From: Bacteroidota bacterium
GTDB taxonomy: Bacteria; Bacteroidota; Ignavibacteria; UBA10030; UBA8401
Reading direction: 5' to 3'
Length of the DNA stretch: 53,610 nt
Assembly (NCBI GenBank): GCA_020052095.1
Contig: JAGVPT010000159.1
Span: 1 to 53,610, forward strand
Under the pieces are notes generated by a model that worked only from the letters and a program-made list of their open reading frames with translations, was not told where the DNA came from and searched no databases. A program made the position numbers and the translations under genes. This document shows, one piece after another, positions 16,456-26,654 of the stretch (its first letter is position 1; every line of letters starts with the position of its first letter).

Positions 16456-17421
16456 TTAGGACAGTTCTTTGATTTTCTTTCGGGCCGAATCGGCGTTTCT
16501 GCCCGATGGGTCCACAGTCAAATACCATTGATACGTCTCTATCGCCTTTGTTTTCATTCCCTTTTTCTCGTAGCACGCGCCCAGTTGATAGATTGATGAT
16601 GAAAAGTTCTTGTCGAGAGAAAGAGCGAAATTATACTTCTCGATCGCGTCGTCGAATTTCTCCTGGGCGAAAAGCGCGTCGCCGTAGCTGTCATACGCAT
16701 CGGGATTCTTCGGATCAAGCTCGCCGTATTTCTTGAATTGTGCGACTGCCTGGTCGAACTTTTTTTGTTTGATGTAGAAATATCCCAGCTCCTTGTAGCC
16801 GTCGATTTTTTTCGGGTCGGCGTCGATTACTTTCTTGTATTCGGCCTCTGCCTGCGTAAAATCCTTCTTCCTCTGGTAGAAATTTGCCAGTAGAATGTGC
16901 CCACGGACGAAGTTGAGCTTTACGACTTCGTTCGCTTGCTTCAGCGCTTCTTCCTCGCTCCCGCCCATGATCCCCGGTGCCATAATGTAATAATTATAGA
17001 GGCCAATCCGCGCCGCCACCAGTGACGGGTCGAGTTCGACGGCACGGAGGAATGCATTTTTCACTTTCGGGGCAAGAATCGCTTGTTTGAATATATTCGC
17101 TTTTCGTGCCCTGTCACCGAGAATATTTCCACGCAAAAAATGATAGCGCGCGTTCGATTCGTTTAATTCCAGTGCTTCGTCGATCTGATCTTCCGCATCG
17201 TCCGAATTTCCTTGAAAGAGGAGCACGCGTGCAAGGTGATAATGTGCTTCGGCATCCTTCTGGTCAGTTCCAATCGCGGCTTCGAAGAACGACTTTGCTT
17301 CGGCATACTTGCGCTGCGCGACAAGTTTAATGCCCGTGCTGTCAATTTGAGCTTCAGCGGCGGACAGAAATGCCGTCGCACCCATGAGCAGGAGAACTGC
17401 CTGAACACGCATCGTTCGCAT
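16456..17421 (-). CDS. Secreted tetratricopeptide-repeat protein
   Basis: Signal peptide ([16 protein letters not shown]) and several TPRs ([29 protein letters not shown]). Exact start uncertain (17412-17436). Confidence 0.88.
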   Translation of the reverse strand: MRTMRVQAVLLLMGATAFLSAAEAQIDSTGIKLVAQRKYAEAKSFFEAAIGTDQKDAEAHYHLARVLLFQGNSDDAEDQIDEALELNESNARYHFLRGNILGDRARKANIFKQAILAPKVKNAFLRAVELDPSLVAARIGLYNYYIMAPGIMGGSEEEALKQANEVVKLNFVRGHILLANFYQRKKDFTQAEAEYKKVIDADPKKIDGYKELGYFYIKQKKFDQAVAQFKKYGELDPKNPDAYDSYGDALFAQEKFDDAIEKYNFALSLDKNFSSSIYQLGACYEKKGMKTKAIETYQWYLTVDPSGRNADSARKKIKELS

Positions 17422-17425
17422 AGGA

Positions 17426-18754
17426 TTAATTTGCACCTTCTTTTTTCACCATGCCCATGCGTTTCTGGCTGTTGTCGACCTTGACCGATACGCCGTCTTC
17501 CAATTCACGGTTGATCGCTTTGTAACTTCCGGAGACGATTTCAACGCTCTCCGAAATACCATCCATGATTTCCACCGTCGTTTCATCGCTGATGCCCCGC
17601 TTCACGGAAACCTGCTTCACTTTGCCATTTTCGACGACGAAAACAACTTCTATCGGCTTTTCCTGCATCATCATTGAACTTCCTTTAGTATCGACGGCGG
17701 CCGCATCTTTTTGGTCTTTTGCAGCCGAATCCGTTTTCGCCCCTTCTTTCATTTTCGGCGTTCGCGTTGTGACGCTTTGAATCGGCACGGCGAGCACATT
17801 GAGTCTGGTTTCCGTTTCGATATCGGCGGACATAGACATGCCGGGGCGAAGGGAGACGTCTTTGTCGAGTACGCGAATCCTGACTTCAAAATTTGTCACC
17901 TCGTCCTGTGAACCCAGTCCTTTGGTCTTCGCGGTGTTGGCGATTTCGGACACAATTCCTTTCAGCTTTCGATCTGGATATGCGTCGACTTGAATGCGCG
18001 CCGTATCACCGATAGAAATCAACACAACATCGTTCTCTCCTATGTCCACGCGCGCTTCCATCATTGCAAGGTCGGCCACAGTCATGATCTCGGTCCCCTG
18101 CATGAAGCTGCTGCCGCTCACCCGTTCGCCGAGCTCGGAAATCAACTGCGAGACGATGCCGATCATCGGAGAATAGACGGAAGTCTTGGCAAGGCTCTCT
18201 TTTGAGTCTTTCAATGAGGCTTGCGCCTGTGCGACGCCTGCTTTCGCAGATTCATATTGGGACTTGGCAACTTGGTATGATGTTTTCGCGGCGATGAATT
18301 CCTGATCTGACATCAATTTCTTCTGAAACAATTCTTCCGCGCGCTTGAATTCGCTCTTCGATTTTTCGAGGTTTGCGGAGTTGAGCGCCAGACCCGCTTT
18401 GGCCGATGCCAGTACAGCCTCCGACCGATCTACGCCCGCCTGGTACTGATCCGGTTTGATACGCACGAGTAATTCACCGCGTCGCACGGGCTGACCTTCT
18501 TTCACCGGCAATTCGATGATCTCGCCGCTGACTTCCGCATTGATTTTCACTTTCGTCTCGGGCTGGATCTTACCGGAAGCCGTCACAATCTGGGTAATCG
18601 ATTTGCGCTGCGCCTTCTCTGTCTGCACAGTAACGACATTTTCTCTTTTGCTCCCCAGTAACACAATCAACACCAACGCAATAATGATAACGCCGATGCC
18701 CGAGAAGATGAAGAGCTTCTTTCTCGATTTCATTCCTTTTCCGTTCTTAGCCAT
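17426..18754 (-). CDS. Efflux periplasmic adaptor (MacA-like membrane fusion protein)
   Basis: N-terminal TM, ASGKIQP..VKINAEVSGEI, coiled hairpin and LRPGMS. Start placed at MAKNGKG. Confidence 0.93.
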   Translation of the reverse strand: MAKNGKGMKSRKKLFIFSGIGVIIIALVLIVLLGSKRENVVTVQTEKAQRKSITQIVTASGKIQPETKVKINAEVSGEIIELPVKEGQPVRRGELLVRIKPDQYQAGVDRSEAVLASAKAGLALNSANLEKSKSEFKRAEELFQKKLMSDQEFIAAKTSYQVAKSQYESAKAGVAQAQASLKDSKESLAKTSVYSPMIGIVSQLISELGERVSGSSFMQGTEIMTVADLAMMEARVDIGENDVVLISIGDTARIQVDAYPDRKLKGIVSEIANTAKTKGLGSQDEVTNFEVRIRVLDKDVSLRPGMSMSADIETETRLNVLAVPIQSVTTRTPKMKEGAKTDSAAKDQKDAAAVDTKGSSMMMQEKPIEVVFVVENGKVKQVSVKRGISDETTVEIMDGISESVEIVSGSYKAINRELEDGVSVKVDNSQKRMGMVKKEGAN

Positions 18755-18787
18755 GGTATTCCACTCCTGGATGATATAAATACGCAA

Positions 18788-20194
18788 TCAGTATTTTTCA
18801 GCGCCGACGACGTACTTCAGTTGCTGTTTTGCGAGGACAAGATTGTACTGCGCAGTCACCTTGTTGCTCAAGGCCTGTGTATAATTTGCATTCGCGGTCA
18901 ATAGATCAAGCAGAATGCCTGCGCCGAGATTGTATCGTTCTTCGGCAATGCGCCGGTCTTCTACAGCCGAGATAACCGTCTTCAGACTTACTTCAAGTTG
19001 TTTTTGTGCAGATTCGAAATTCAACTTCGCTTTTCTCACATCAACCTGGACTTGGCGCTCAGTCTGCGCAACCTCTTGTTCGGAATTCCTAAGAGCAAGC
19101 TTCGCCGCTTGCACTCTTGCGTTGGTCTGGAAACCGTTGAAAAGGGGGAGGCTAAAAGAAATACCCCAATTGAGCGTTTTATTATCCGAGAGACCTGAAA
19201 GCTGATCGTTGTCGAATGAGTATCCGACATTGGCGGAGATAGCAGGAAAATATGCGCTCCGAGCAATAGTAACGTCCGACTCCGCACTTTCCATTCCGTA
19301 TTTTGCGGCCTGATAGTCCGGCCGCGACGCGACCGCCTTTGAAACGAGTTGGCCGTAATCTGAATATGCAACTTTCTCGTCTGCCGGAATGACCTGCTCA
19401 GCTTCCACGATCAGCCCCGGGTCAGAGATATCATACTCTTGGGAAACGTCGAGCGACAGCAAGAATAGCAAGTCGGCCTTTGAATTATCATAAGTGTTTT
19501 GGGCGCGGATAAGAGCGAGCTCATCATTCGCCGTCGTAACTTGCTGGCGGTACACGTCGGCGGCAGCAACCGATCCGACTTTGTTCGATTCGATGATGCG
19601 CTGCAATTGTTGCTGACTCCGCTTAAGATTGTCTTCACTGACTTTGAGTAATGATTTATTGAGGAGGACTTGCAGATACGAGGTCTGTGTTTGGAATATG
19701 ATCATCTGCTTCGTGCGATAGAGCGAGTACTCGTTCGCAACTGCAATGGACGACGCTTTATTGAGACTCGACGTATTATTGAGCCCGTCGAATAGCGTAA
19801 GACTTGCTTTCATTCCGGCGGAGTAGCTGGTTTTTGTCAGTTGCCCGGAGGACCCAGGCGAATAAGCAGAAATCGTTCCGGTCTGTTGGCTCCCCCCAGT
19901 TGGAGTATAAAGGATTGGAGAAGGAAATGAAAAACCGGCAGATGATCCGGGAGACCGCGAGTCTGAATTGGAGTACCCCCCGGTGGCAGAAATGCTCGGC
20001 AAGAAACTTCCGTAGGCCGACAACACGGCACTCTGTTGTGCCTCAAGTGTGTTCTGAGCTCGCAAAATGTCAATATTCTTTTCCAGCGCGGCATCAACCG
20101 CCTGTTTAAGTGTGAGCTGTTTTCCGGGGGTCGTTTGGGCAATTAGGTTTGCTGCTAAGAAGAGCGGGAGCAGCAGGAAAGGCATGCGTTTCAT
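18788..20194 (-). CDS. TolC-family outer-membrane efflux protein
   Basis: Signal peptide, LTLKQAVDAAL, FLPSISA / YFPAISA repeats and ERYNLGAGILLDLLTA. Confidence 0.93.
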   Translation of the reverse strand: MKRMPFLLLPLFLAANLIAQTTPGKQLTLKQAVDAALEKNIDILRAQNTLEAQQSAVLSAYGSFLPSISATGGYSNSDSRSPGSSAGFSFPSPILYTPTGGSQQTGTISAYSPGSSGQLTKTSYSAGMKASLTLFDGLNNTSSLNKASSIAVANEYSLYRTKQMIIFQTQTSYLQVLLNKSLLKVSEDNLKRSQQQLQRIIESNKVGSVAAADVYRQQVTTANDELALIRAQNTYDNSKADLLFLLSLDVSQEYDISDPGLIVEAEQVIPADEKVAYSDYGQLVSKAVASRPDYQAAKYGMESAESDVTIARSAYFPAISANVGYSFDNDQLSGLSDNKTLNWGISFSLPLFNGFQTNARVQAAKLALRNSEQEVAQTERQVQVDVRKAKLNFESAQKQLEVSLKTVISAVEDRRIAEERYNLGAGILLDLLTANANYTQALSNKVTAQYNLVLAKQQLKYVVGAEKY

Positions 20195-20359
20195 ACATCG
20201 TCTCCAAAATGATCTGTTAACCTCAGCTTATGGCTTATTTGTAAACGAAGAGGTTTAATGAAAGTTTCAAATACTTATTGATTTCCTGCCATTAATATAA
20301 CGGTTTGGCACGAGAGAAGCATAGAACCGGACATTCTCATCCGATTTTGGGTGGTACTC

Positions 20360-21784
20360 TTATGGTGTGCGCTGGAATTCTTGTATCACAGCTTCTTTAA
20401 TAGAGAGAAGATACTGCAGTGCAGATTCATGTTCATTGGGTATGGTGCCGGCGAGAATTGCTTCCTCAATTTTTGATTTCAGTGCCCCTACCAATTTCCC
20501 CGGACCCAAATTGCACACCTGCATGATTTCGTCTCCCCGAACAGGAGGCTGAAACGCGCGCAGTCGATCCTTCTCCTCCACCTCTTTCATTTTCGAGTGC
20601 ACACGGTCGTAGTTCGCTGTGTACTGCTTGACAAGTTTAGAATTCTTGGACGTGATATCCGCGCGGCATAACGTCATGAGGTCATCGGTCAGATCGCCCG
20701 CCTCGAAAAGCAATCGGCGCACCGCAGAGTCGGTCACTTCTTCATCCGCAAGAGCCATCGGCCGGAGATGAAGGTGCACAAGACCCTCGACGTATGGAAT
20801 CTTATCGAATGGAAGTTTCATGCGTTTGAAAATGTGTTTCACCATCCGCGCGCCGAGCTCTTCATGACCATAAAACGTCCATCCAATGCCTTCGCGAAAT
20901 TGTTTCGTCTTTGGCTTGGCGATATCGTGTACGAGCGCCGCGAACCTGAGATAGACATCGTCCGTCATCGTCGTTATGTTATCCACAACCATGCAGGTGT
21001 GGAGAAACACATCTTTATGGTGATGGTCCCCTCGCTGATCGACGCCGGAAAGTTCAGCAACTTCCGGAAAGACAATTGACATGACGCCGGTGTCGAACAT
21101 CAACCGCAACCCGATCGACGGTGCCGGACTGGCGAGAATTTTCATGAACTCATCGGTGATGCGCTCCTGCGCAATAATGGCAAGCCGATCTCTCATTTTT
21201 GGGATAGCCTCAAGCGTCTCCTTTCCAAGGGAAAAACCAAGCTGGGAGGCGAATCGGATCGCGCGCATAGTGCGCAACGGGTCGTCATCGAATGTTCTCA
21301 ATGGATTGAGCGGGGTTCGAATTATTTTAGCCTGAAGGTCACTCTGTCCATGGAACGGATCCAGCACTTCGCCCCACGTCTCTGAGTTGAGCGACGCCGC
21401 AAGCGTGTTGATGGTAAAATCGCGTCTGGAAAGGTCGTCATGGAGCGATCCCGGTTCAACTTTCGGATTGCGCGAGTCCTTTGAGTAACTCTCTTTTCGT
21501 GCACCGACAAATTCGAGCTTCAGTTGGTTGACGTGCAACATTGCGGTGCCGAACTTCTTGTACGTCGTCAGCGCGTCAATCTTGAATTTCGCTGCCGCGT
21601 GTTTGGCAAAATCAATCCCATCACCGACGACAAGCACGTCGATGTCTTGAACTTCTTTCCCGAGCAATTTGTCCCGCACGTAGCCTCCGACGACGTACAC
21701 ATCAATGCGCAGCTCATCCGCACACTCACCGATCGTGTGTAGCTCCGGTTGTTGAATATCGATGCGTCGTTTTTGAGCGGTCAT
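20360..21784 (-). CDS. cca: CCA-adding tRNA nucleotidyltransferase with HD domain
   Basis: YVVGGYVRD, DIDVLV, DLSRRDFTIN, FDDDPLR.MRAIRF, ERI.DE and LVHDIAK. Confidence 0.9.
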   Translation of the reverse strand: MTAQKRRIDIQQPELHTIGECADELRIDVYVVGGYVRDKLLGKEVQDIDVLVVGDGIDFAKHAAAKFKIDALTTYKKFGTAMLHVNQLKLEFVGARKESYSKDSRNPKVEPGSLHDDLSRRDFTINTLAASLNSETWGEVLDPFHGQSDLQAKIIRTPLNPLRTFDDDPLRTMRAIRFASQLGFSLGKETLEAIPKMRDRLAIIAQERITDEFMKILASPAPSIGLRLMFDTGVMSIVFPEVAELSGVDQRGDHHHKDVFLHTCMVVDNITTMTDDVYLRFAALVHDIAKPKTKQFREGIGWTFYGHEELGARMVKHIFKRMKLPFDKIPYVEGLVHLHLRPMALADEEVTDSAVRRLLFEAGDLTDDLMTLCRADITSKNSKLVKQYTANYDRVHSKMKEVEEKDRLRAFQPPVRGDEIMQVCNLGPGKLVGALKSKIEEAILAGTIPNEHESALQYLLSIKEAVIQEFQRTP

Positions 21785-21951
21785 ACACGCATGGACGAAA
21801 CTTAAGAATAGCGTACGCTGGCTCTTATCCTAATGATCTCAGATTCCAGCGGGAAAAATCCGCAACGAAAATCTTGACCTAGTTCTCAGATTGCTGGTTC
21901 CCTTGCAGGGATTCCTTGGGCATTTCTCTTTCGATAATTTCCCCGATGTGC

Positions 21952-23004
21952 CTAGACACCGAACTTTTGCACCTGAATTGTATTTAGGATTTGCTGTGCA
22001 ACCTCGAGAGCTCGTCGACCGTCGACGCCGGAGACGACCGGTTCTTTCTTCTCACGGATGGCATTGACAAACGATTCCAATTCATACTTGAGGGCGTTCA
22101 CTTCTTTTACTTCAGGCTGCTCGTAGACGATATTGCGCTTCTTCTTCCCTTCACCGATTTGTCCGAGAAGCATGGTCGTCCCCGCCGTGCTCTCGCCGTC
22201 GTTGACAAGACGAAAAACTTCCGCAAGCCCCTGCGAAAAATCGATTGAAATATATCCATTGTGTTGGAACATCCTCATCTTGCGCATTTTGTTTTGTGAT
22301 ATTCTGCTTGCCGTAACGTTTGCAACGCATCCGTTTTCAAATTGGAGGCGCGCGTTGGCGATATCAACCGATTCAGATACGACGGCAACGCCGTTCGCGT
22401 CGATTCTCGAAACGGGAGATTGCACAAGGCTCAGGATGACGTCGATATCATGGATCATCAGGTCGAGCACGACGGCAACATCTGTTCCCCGTGGATTGAA
22501 CTGTGCAAGCCGGTGCGATTCGATGAACATCGGCCGGAGATCATAGGATTCAAGCGCGAGGATCGCCGGGTTGAAACGTTCTATGTGCCCCACTTGAATG
22601 ATACGCCCTTTCGCCTTCGCGAGGGCAATCAACTCGTCGGCCTCAAGAACTGATTGCGTTATCGGTTTTTCGATCAAGACGTCAATGCCGGCGTTGAGCG
22701 CTTCTCGGGCAACTTCGAAGTGGCGCGATGTTACCGTCGCAACGCTTACTGCGTCCACATGTTCCAAAAGTTCCTTGAGCGTTGAATAGGACTTCACCCC
22801 GGGATAATGTGAAGCCACGGCATTCCGTTTGGATTCGTCGATATCATAAACTCCGACCAACGCCGCAGACGCAATCTCGGAATACATTTTTGTGTGTAGC
22901 GAACCAAGATGCCCGACGCCGATAACGCCTATGCGTGTCGGTTGCGATGCGGAGTGCGCGGTGCGTGGTGCGTGGTGCGTTATGCCTGCGCTATTATTCA
23001 TCAT
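21952..23004 (-). CDS. Gfo/Idh/MocA-family oxidoreductase
   Basis: IGVIGVGHLG, IEKPI, QVGHIERFNPA and DLMIHDID. The N-terminal ~20 codons are translated heptamer repeats, so the start is uncertain. Confidence 0.92.
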   Translation of the reverse strand: MMNNSAGITHHAPRTAHSASQPTRIGVIGVGHLGSLHTKMYSEIASAALVGVYDIDESKRNAVASHYPGVKSYSTLKELLEHVDAVSVATVTSRHFEVAREALNAGIDVLIEKPITQSVLEADELIALAKAKGRIIQVGHIERFNPAILALESYDLRPMFIESHRLAQFNPRGTDVAVVLDLMIHDIDVILSLVQSPVSRIDANGVAVVSESVDIANARLQFENGCVANVTASRISQNKMRKMRMFQHNGYISIDFSQGLAEVFRLVNDGESTAGTTMLLGQIGEGKKKRNIVYEQPEVKEVNALKYELESFVNAIREKKEPVVSGVDGRRALEVAQQILNTIQVQKFGV

Positions 23005-23060
23005 TCATGATCCATTCGTCAAAAATCATTACTCATTGATCATTGTTCATTGTTCATTGA
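22947..23060. repeat. Heptamer arrays (GTGCGTG and CATTGWT types) overlapping both flanking gene ends
   Basis: ATGCGGA GTGCGCG GTGCGTG GTGCGTG GTGCGTT ... CATTACT CATTGAT CATTGTT CATTGTT CATTGAG. Confidence 0.85.
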
Positions 23061-24333
23061 GCGTTGCCTTCGTTTCATCCGTCCCTCCTGGGCTCTTCGC
23101 AATCGCACTGCCGACAACCCGGTCGAATCCACCGAATCGTTCGTCATGATAATAGACGAGAGCGGTGTAGCGGTTGATTGTGCGCCAGTCGTTCCCTTCC
23201 AACGCCAGCCAATCTTGATCCGCAACGTCCCCCATTGCAGGGTCAACACTGCCGACGACATATTGATAATCGTAAACTCCCCGGCGAATCCATTTGTGAA
23301 GTGTATACAATTTTCCCAGAGAGTCGAGCTCCATTCTATGCCCGGTCGTCGGCTGCCATTGATTGAATGCGCCAACAAGAAAAATACTCTTCTCGTTCGG
23401 AGCCGGAAGTTCCAGACGGAGCGTGACATCGAGATAATCGGAATTTACACCGATGAAAGGAGCGAGTTTAGCCGCGCCGTTCGCATCGATTTTTCCCTGC
23501 CATTGATACCGCGAGAGATCGGCCCCCTCCTTCAACCGTACGGGTAGGCCATTCGGATAGAAGCGTACCGAGCCGATGTCCAGGCGGCGGTACTCATTAC
23601 CGGGCGGTACATTGCGAATCTTAAATCGTTTGTTCGGGCGGTAGAATTCCTCCACGAACGTGTCGGGATTTTTGTCTTCGACATCAATGCGATACGGGTT
23701 GTAGAGTTCCCAATTTCTAATGATGTCCACGGTTTTCACATTGGGATGAAAAATTCGTCCCTCGACGGGCTGACTCTCCTCCGCGGGGACATTGACGTTG
23801 ATCGTGATGTAATGCATTTGATTAAGCGGCGACGGCTGCTCGGAATAAAACTTGTTATCAACGCGCAATGATGCTTCGACCGAATTTTCCACGACAATAA
23901 ACCGCCCTTCGGCGAGAACGACACCGCTTGACTCCTTCTCGACGATCGTGAAGAGGTAATTTCCGGAAAACGGAAAACGGATAGCACCTCGGTCGTCCGG
24001 GAAAAAATTTTTGTAATGATATGAGTACTGATGGACTCCGACCGGCGCTAGGCCGAACTGAATCTGTTGACTCTTGTTATGGGACTGGTCGTTCACAAAG
24101 GGGCTGTCGTCGGGGACCCAGTCTTTCGATGCGTGGACGAAAAGTATCTGAAGATCCGGCGGGTGCACGGCGGCGACGTCGAACTCTATCGTGATTTTCT
24201 GACCCATCGCAACAATCGGCGGAAGATACTCATCGTTGAACGCGTACACGCGCAGGCCCAGAATTTCAAATGCATTGTTTTGGGCTGCGCAGAAGCTGCA
24301 TCCCGCAAGAAGGAGAATGAGTAGGCGTTTCAT
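23047..24333 (-). CDS. DUF5103-like (T9SS plug / PorG-type) protein
   Basis: Signal peptide MKRLLILLLAGCSFCAAQ; ITIEFD, FSGNY, GNEYRRLD, GAFNQW, RGVYDYQY, EGNDWRT.N.YTALVYY....GGFDRVVG. The ATG overlaps the upstream stop (ATGA). Confidence 0.75.
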   Translation of the reverse strand: MKRLLILLLAGCSFCAAQNNAFEILGLRVYAFNDEYLPPIVAMGQKITIEFDVAAVHPPDLQILFVHASKDWVPDDSPFVNDQSHNKSQQIQFGLAPVGVHQYSYHYKNFFPDDRGAIRFPFSGNYLFTIVEKESSGVVLAEGRFIVVENSVEASLRVDNKFYSEQPSPLNQMHYITINVNVPAEESQPVEGRIFHPNVKTVDIIRNWELYNPYRIDVEDKNPDTFVEEFYRPNKRFKIRNVPPGNEYRRLDIGSVRFYPNGLPVRLKEGADLSRYQWQGKIDANGAAKLAPFIGVNSDYLDVTLRLELPAPNEKSIFLVGAFNQWQPTTGHRMELDSLGKLYTLHKWIRRGVYDYQYVVGSVDPAMGDVADQDWLALEGNDWRTINRYTALVYYHDERFGGFDRVVGSAIAKSPGGTDETKATLNEQ

Positions 24334-25016
24334 GACATCCCCGTTGTCCTGTGAAGCATTTGTTCCAGCCACGAATGAAATTCCTGAACGCTGTGAAAAA
24401 GATAATCCGTCGCCGCCTCCATAACGGTCTCTTTGCTGTACGAATCCCACACAACCGCCGCAATGCGCACTCCGCACTCGCGCGAGGCTTTGATATCGGC
24501 GACCGCATCGCCGACCATTATTACCTCATCGGGCTGCAACGAGAATTGTGCCATGATTTTTCTAATGCCGTCGCCGGAAGGCTTGAAATGATCGACGTCA
24601 TCGCCAGTCATAACGATGTCGAAATAGCGCTCGATGCCGAATTCGTGCAGGGTGATCTCCGTCGTACGTCTCCCTTTTCCCGTAAATAGTCCAATCAGTA
24701 TTCCATTGCTCTTTACAAAATCGAGTAATTCCTTGATTCCTGGATACAACGAGGCCAGATCATTATGCCGTTCCTGATAAAAATGATAATATTCTTTCAT
24801 CGCCTCATCAATATGACGAGTGCCGATCATGTTCTCAACAGCTTCTTGTTCCGGCGGACCAAAATACGCGACAATCTCTTTCGGTGTCAACCGTTTGTTG
24901 ATATATTTCTCTGCTACATGGTTGAACGAGTCACAGATGAGTTGATTCGTCTGCGTCAACGTGCCGTCCATATCGAAGATAATGCAACGCAATTTTTGTG
25001 GGGCGGCGGCGGTCAT
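24330..25016 (-). CDS. HAD-superfamily hydrolase (phosphoglycolate phosphatase / PPase-like)
   Basis: FDMDGTL, FTGK, KPSGDG and MVGDAVADI. Confidence 0.92.
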   Translation of the reverse strand: MTAAAPQKLRCIIFDMDGTLTQTNQLICDSFNHVAEKYINKRLTPKEIVAYFGPPEQEAVENMIGTRHIDEAMKEYYHFYQERHNDLASLYPGIKELLDFVKSNGILIGLFTGKGRRTTEITLHEFGIERYFDIVMTGDDVDHFKPSGDGIRKIMAQFSLQPDEVIMVGDAVADIKASRECGVRIAAVVWDSYSKETVMEAATDYLFHSVQEFHSWLEQMLHRTTGMS

Positions 25017-25032
25017 GAGTTCGTGGCGTGTA

Positions 25033-25105
25033 GTCCTTGGTCCTGAGTCCTGGGTCCAAAGTCCTAGGTCCTAATTCTTAATTCCTAATTCTTAATTTCT
25101 AACTC
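25033..25105. repeat. Compound heptamer array: (GTCCNNN)x5-6 plus (AATTCYT)x3-4
   Basis: GTCCTTG GTCCTGA GTCCTGG GTCCAAA GTCCTAG GTCCT AATTCTT AATTCCT AATTCTT AATTTCT AACTCCT. Confidence 0.92.
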
Positions 25106-25115
25106 CTGTTTACTG

Positions 25116-26501
25116 CTAACTGCCTGATGGTTCTACATGAATATTCACTTCTCGTATACGCGGGAACTCCACCATGATTTTATTCTCCAGAGCGGTTGAG
25201 ATTGCATGGACCTCTTCAAGCGATAGTTGCTTGTCCACAATGGAGTTCATCGATACGCGGTATTTGCCCTTCACTTCAAGAACCGAAAGAATAGTGCATT
25301 CCTTGATGCCGGGGTGTCTGTACGCAAGTTGCAGAATTTCTTCGATCAGTTCCTGCGAGGTTTGGGTAACATCCACGGAGGCGACGACACTTTCCCGGGA
25401 ATCCTCGATGTGCACGATCACCGCGGCAACGTTCGGAATTTCATTCTTAATGCGCGATTCAATCTCGTCGACCATCGTGTGCACATGGACAAATTCCTGC
25501 TGTTGCTCGAACTCAAGCTGAAACTCCACCTGATATTTTCCATCCACCTGAAATGCCTGCACGTCGTGCGCGCGTAATCCGCTCTTCGACATCATGAGTT
25601 TCACTTTATCTACAACAGTTTCGTCAGAGGTCTCCGTCGGCTCAGGATGAATCATGATGTCGGCATTCGGAAGAATCTTGTGAATCGTGTCTTCAACGTT
25701 ATGCACAACCGTGTCCGCCTTTTCAAAAGAGAGTGTCCGCTTGAGATCCAGGGTCAAATCGACGAACGTTTTGGATCCGGAATTCCTAACACGAACATGT
25801 TCGACATTCTGGACTCCCTCCATCGCCACGGCAGCCCGCTTCACTTGTTCTTCGACGCCAAGGGGCGCGCGATCGAGCAGTTCGTTAATCGTTCGTTTGC
25901 CGAGGGAGAGAGACACGAAGATCACGATGATTGCCACAATCAACGCTGCGATGGAATCCGCCACGGGTATTTTCAGCAGGGTCAATACCAATCCGAACAA
26001 CACGACACCGGAACTCCACACGTCGGTGCTGAAGTGAAGCGCATCAGCTTCCAGCGCCTGGCTTCTATACTTGTGGGCGACACGATACAATGCGCGCGAT
26101 CGGGAAACATCGACCACGATCGAGAGAATGATCACAAAGAAACTCCAGAAGTTTACCTCAATCTCGACCGTGTGGTACAGCAGGCGCTTGATAGCTTCGT
26201 TAATGATCCAGAAGCATGTAATAAGAAGAAGAAGCGTTTCGATCAGTGCAGAGAAGCTCTCTATTTTGCCGTGACCATAGAGATGCGTTTTATCCGCGGG
26301 CCTTGCCGAAAATTTGACCGCGAGCAATGTGATGATGGCAGCCAGGAAGTCCAATCCGGAATGTGCTGCTTCCGACAAAATTCCCAAGCTCCCTGTCCAC
26401 ACTCCGACCCAAATTTTTAAACCGGTGATGACAAACGCGGCTGCAACTGAAGAAAGAGCGACCGTCGATTTTTCGTTATCTTGTATTGATGAATAATCCA
26501 T
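25116..26501 (-). CDS. Cation diffusion facilitator (FieF-like) with repeated C-terminal dimerisation domains
   Basis: SEAAHSGLD, HLYGHGKIE and EADALHFSTD. Three C-terminal domains end in IHPEP, VHIED and IHVEP. Confidence 0.92.
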   Translation of the reverse strand: MDYSSIQDNEKSTVALSSVAAAFVITGLKIWVGVWTGSLGILSEAAHSGLDFLAAIITLLAVKFSARPADKTHLYGHGKIESFSALIETLLLLITCFWIINEAIKRLLYHTVEIEVNFWSFFVIILSIVVDVSRSRALYRVAHKYRSQALEADALHFSTDVWSSGVVLFGLVLTLLKIPVADSIAALIVAIIVIFVSLSLGKRTINELLDRAPLGVEEQVKRAAVAMEGVQNVEHVRVRNSGSKTFVDLTLDLKRTLSFEKADTVVHNVEDTIHKILPNADIMIHPEPTETSDETVVDKVKLMMSKSGLRAHDVQAFQVDGKYQVEFQLEFEQQQEFVHVHTMVDEIESRIKNEIPNVAAVIVHIEDSRESVVASVDVTQTSQELIEEILQLAYRHPGIKECTILSVLEVKGKYRVSMNSIVDKQLSLEEVHAISTALENKIMVEFPRIREVNIHVEPSGS

Positions 26502-26508
26502 GAGAATC

Positions 26509-26544
26509 AAAATAAAGAAGGCGCCCCGCCACGGCGGGACGCCC
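26509..26544 (-). terminator. Intrinsic terminator after fbaB, immediately before the CDF gene
   Basis: On the minus strand, a GGGCGTCCCGCCGTGGCGGGGCGCC hairpin followed by TTCTTTATTTT. Confidence 0.7.
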
Positions 26545-26654
26545 GTTCAGATCAAAATACGATTTGTTTTCACTTGTCGTTGTACGCTGATGCCAAAAAC
26601 TAAAAACGTAGGGGATGCACATCTCCAACAAATCATCCGCTAACAATATTCTCT

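Noticed and set aside
21790-21950. Riboswitch or leader upstream of cca
   Set aside because: Only short stems, a 9-nt direct repeat and a degenerate palindrome are present, with no recognisable aptamer.
24334-24477. Long ORF-track starts for the DUF5103 (24477), HAD (40083) and FlgT-like (43087) genes
   Set aside because: They overlap upstream genes extensively. Shorter starts give stop/start coupling and a signal peptide or catalytic motif at the N-terminus.
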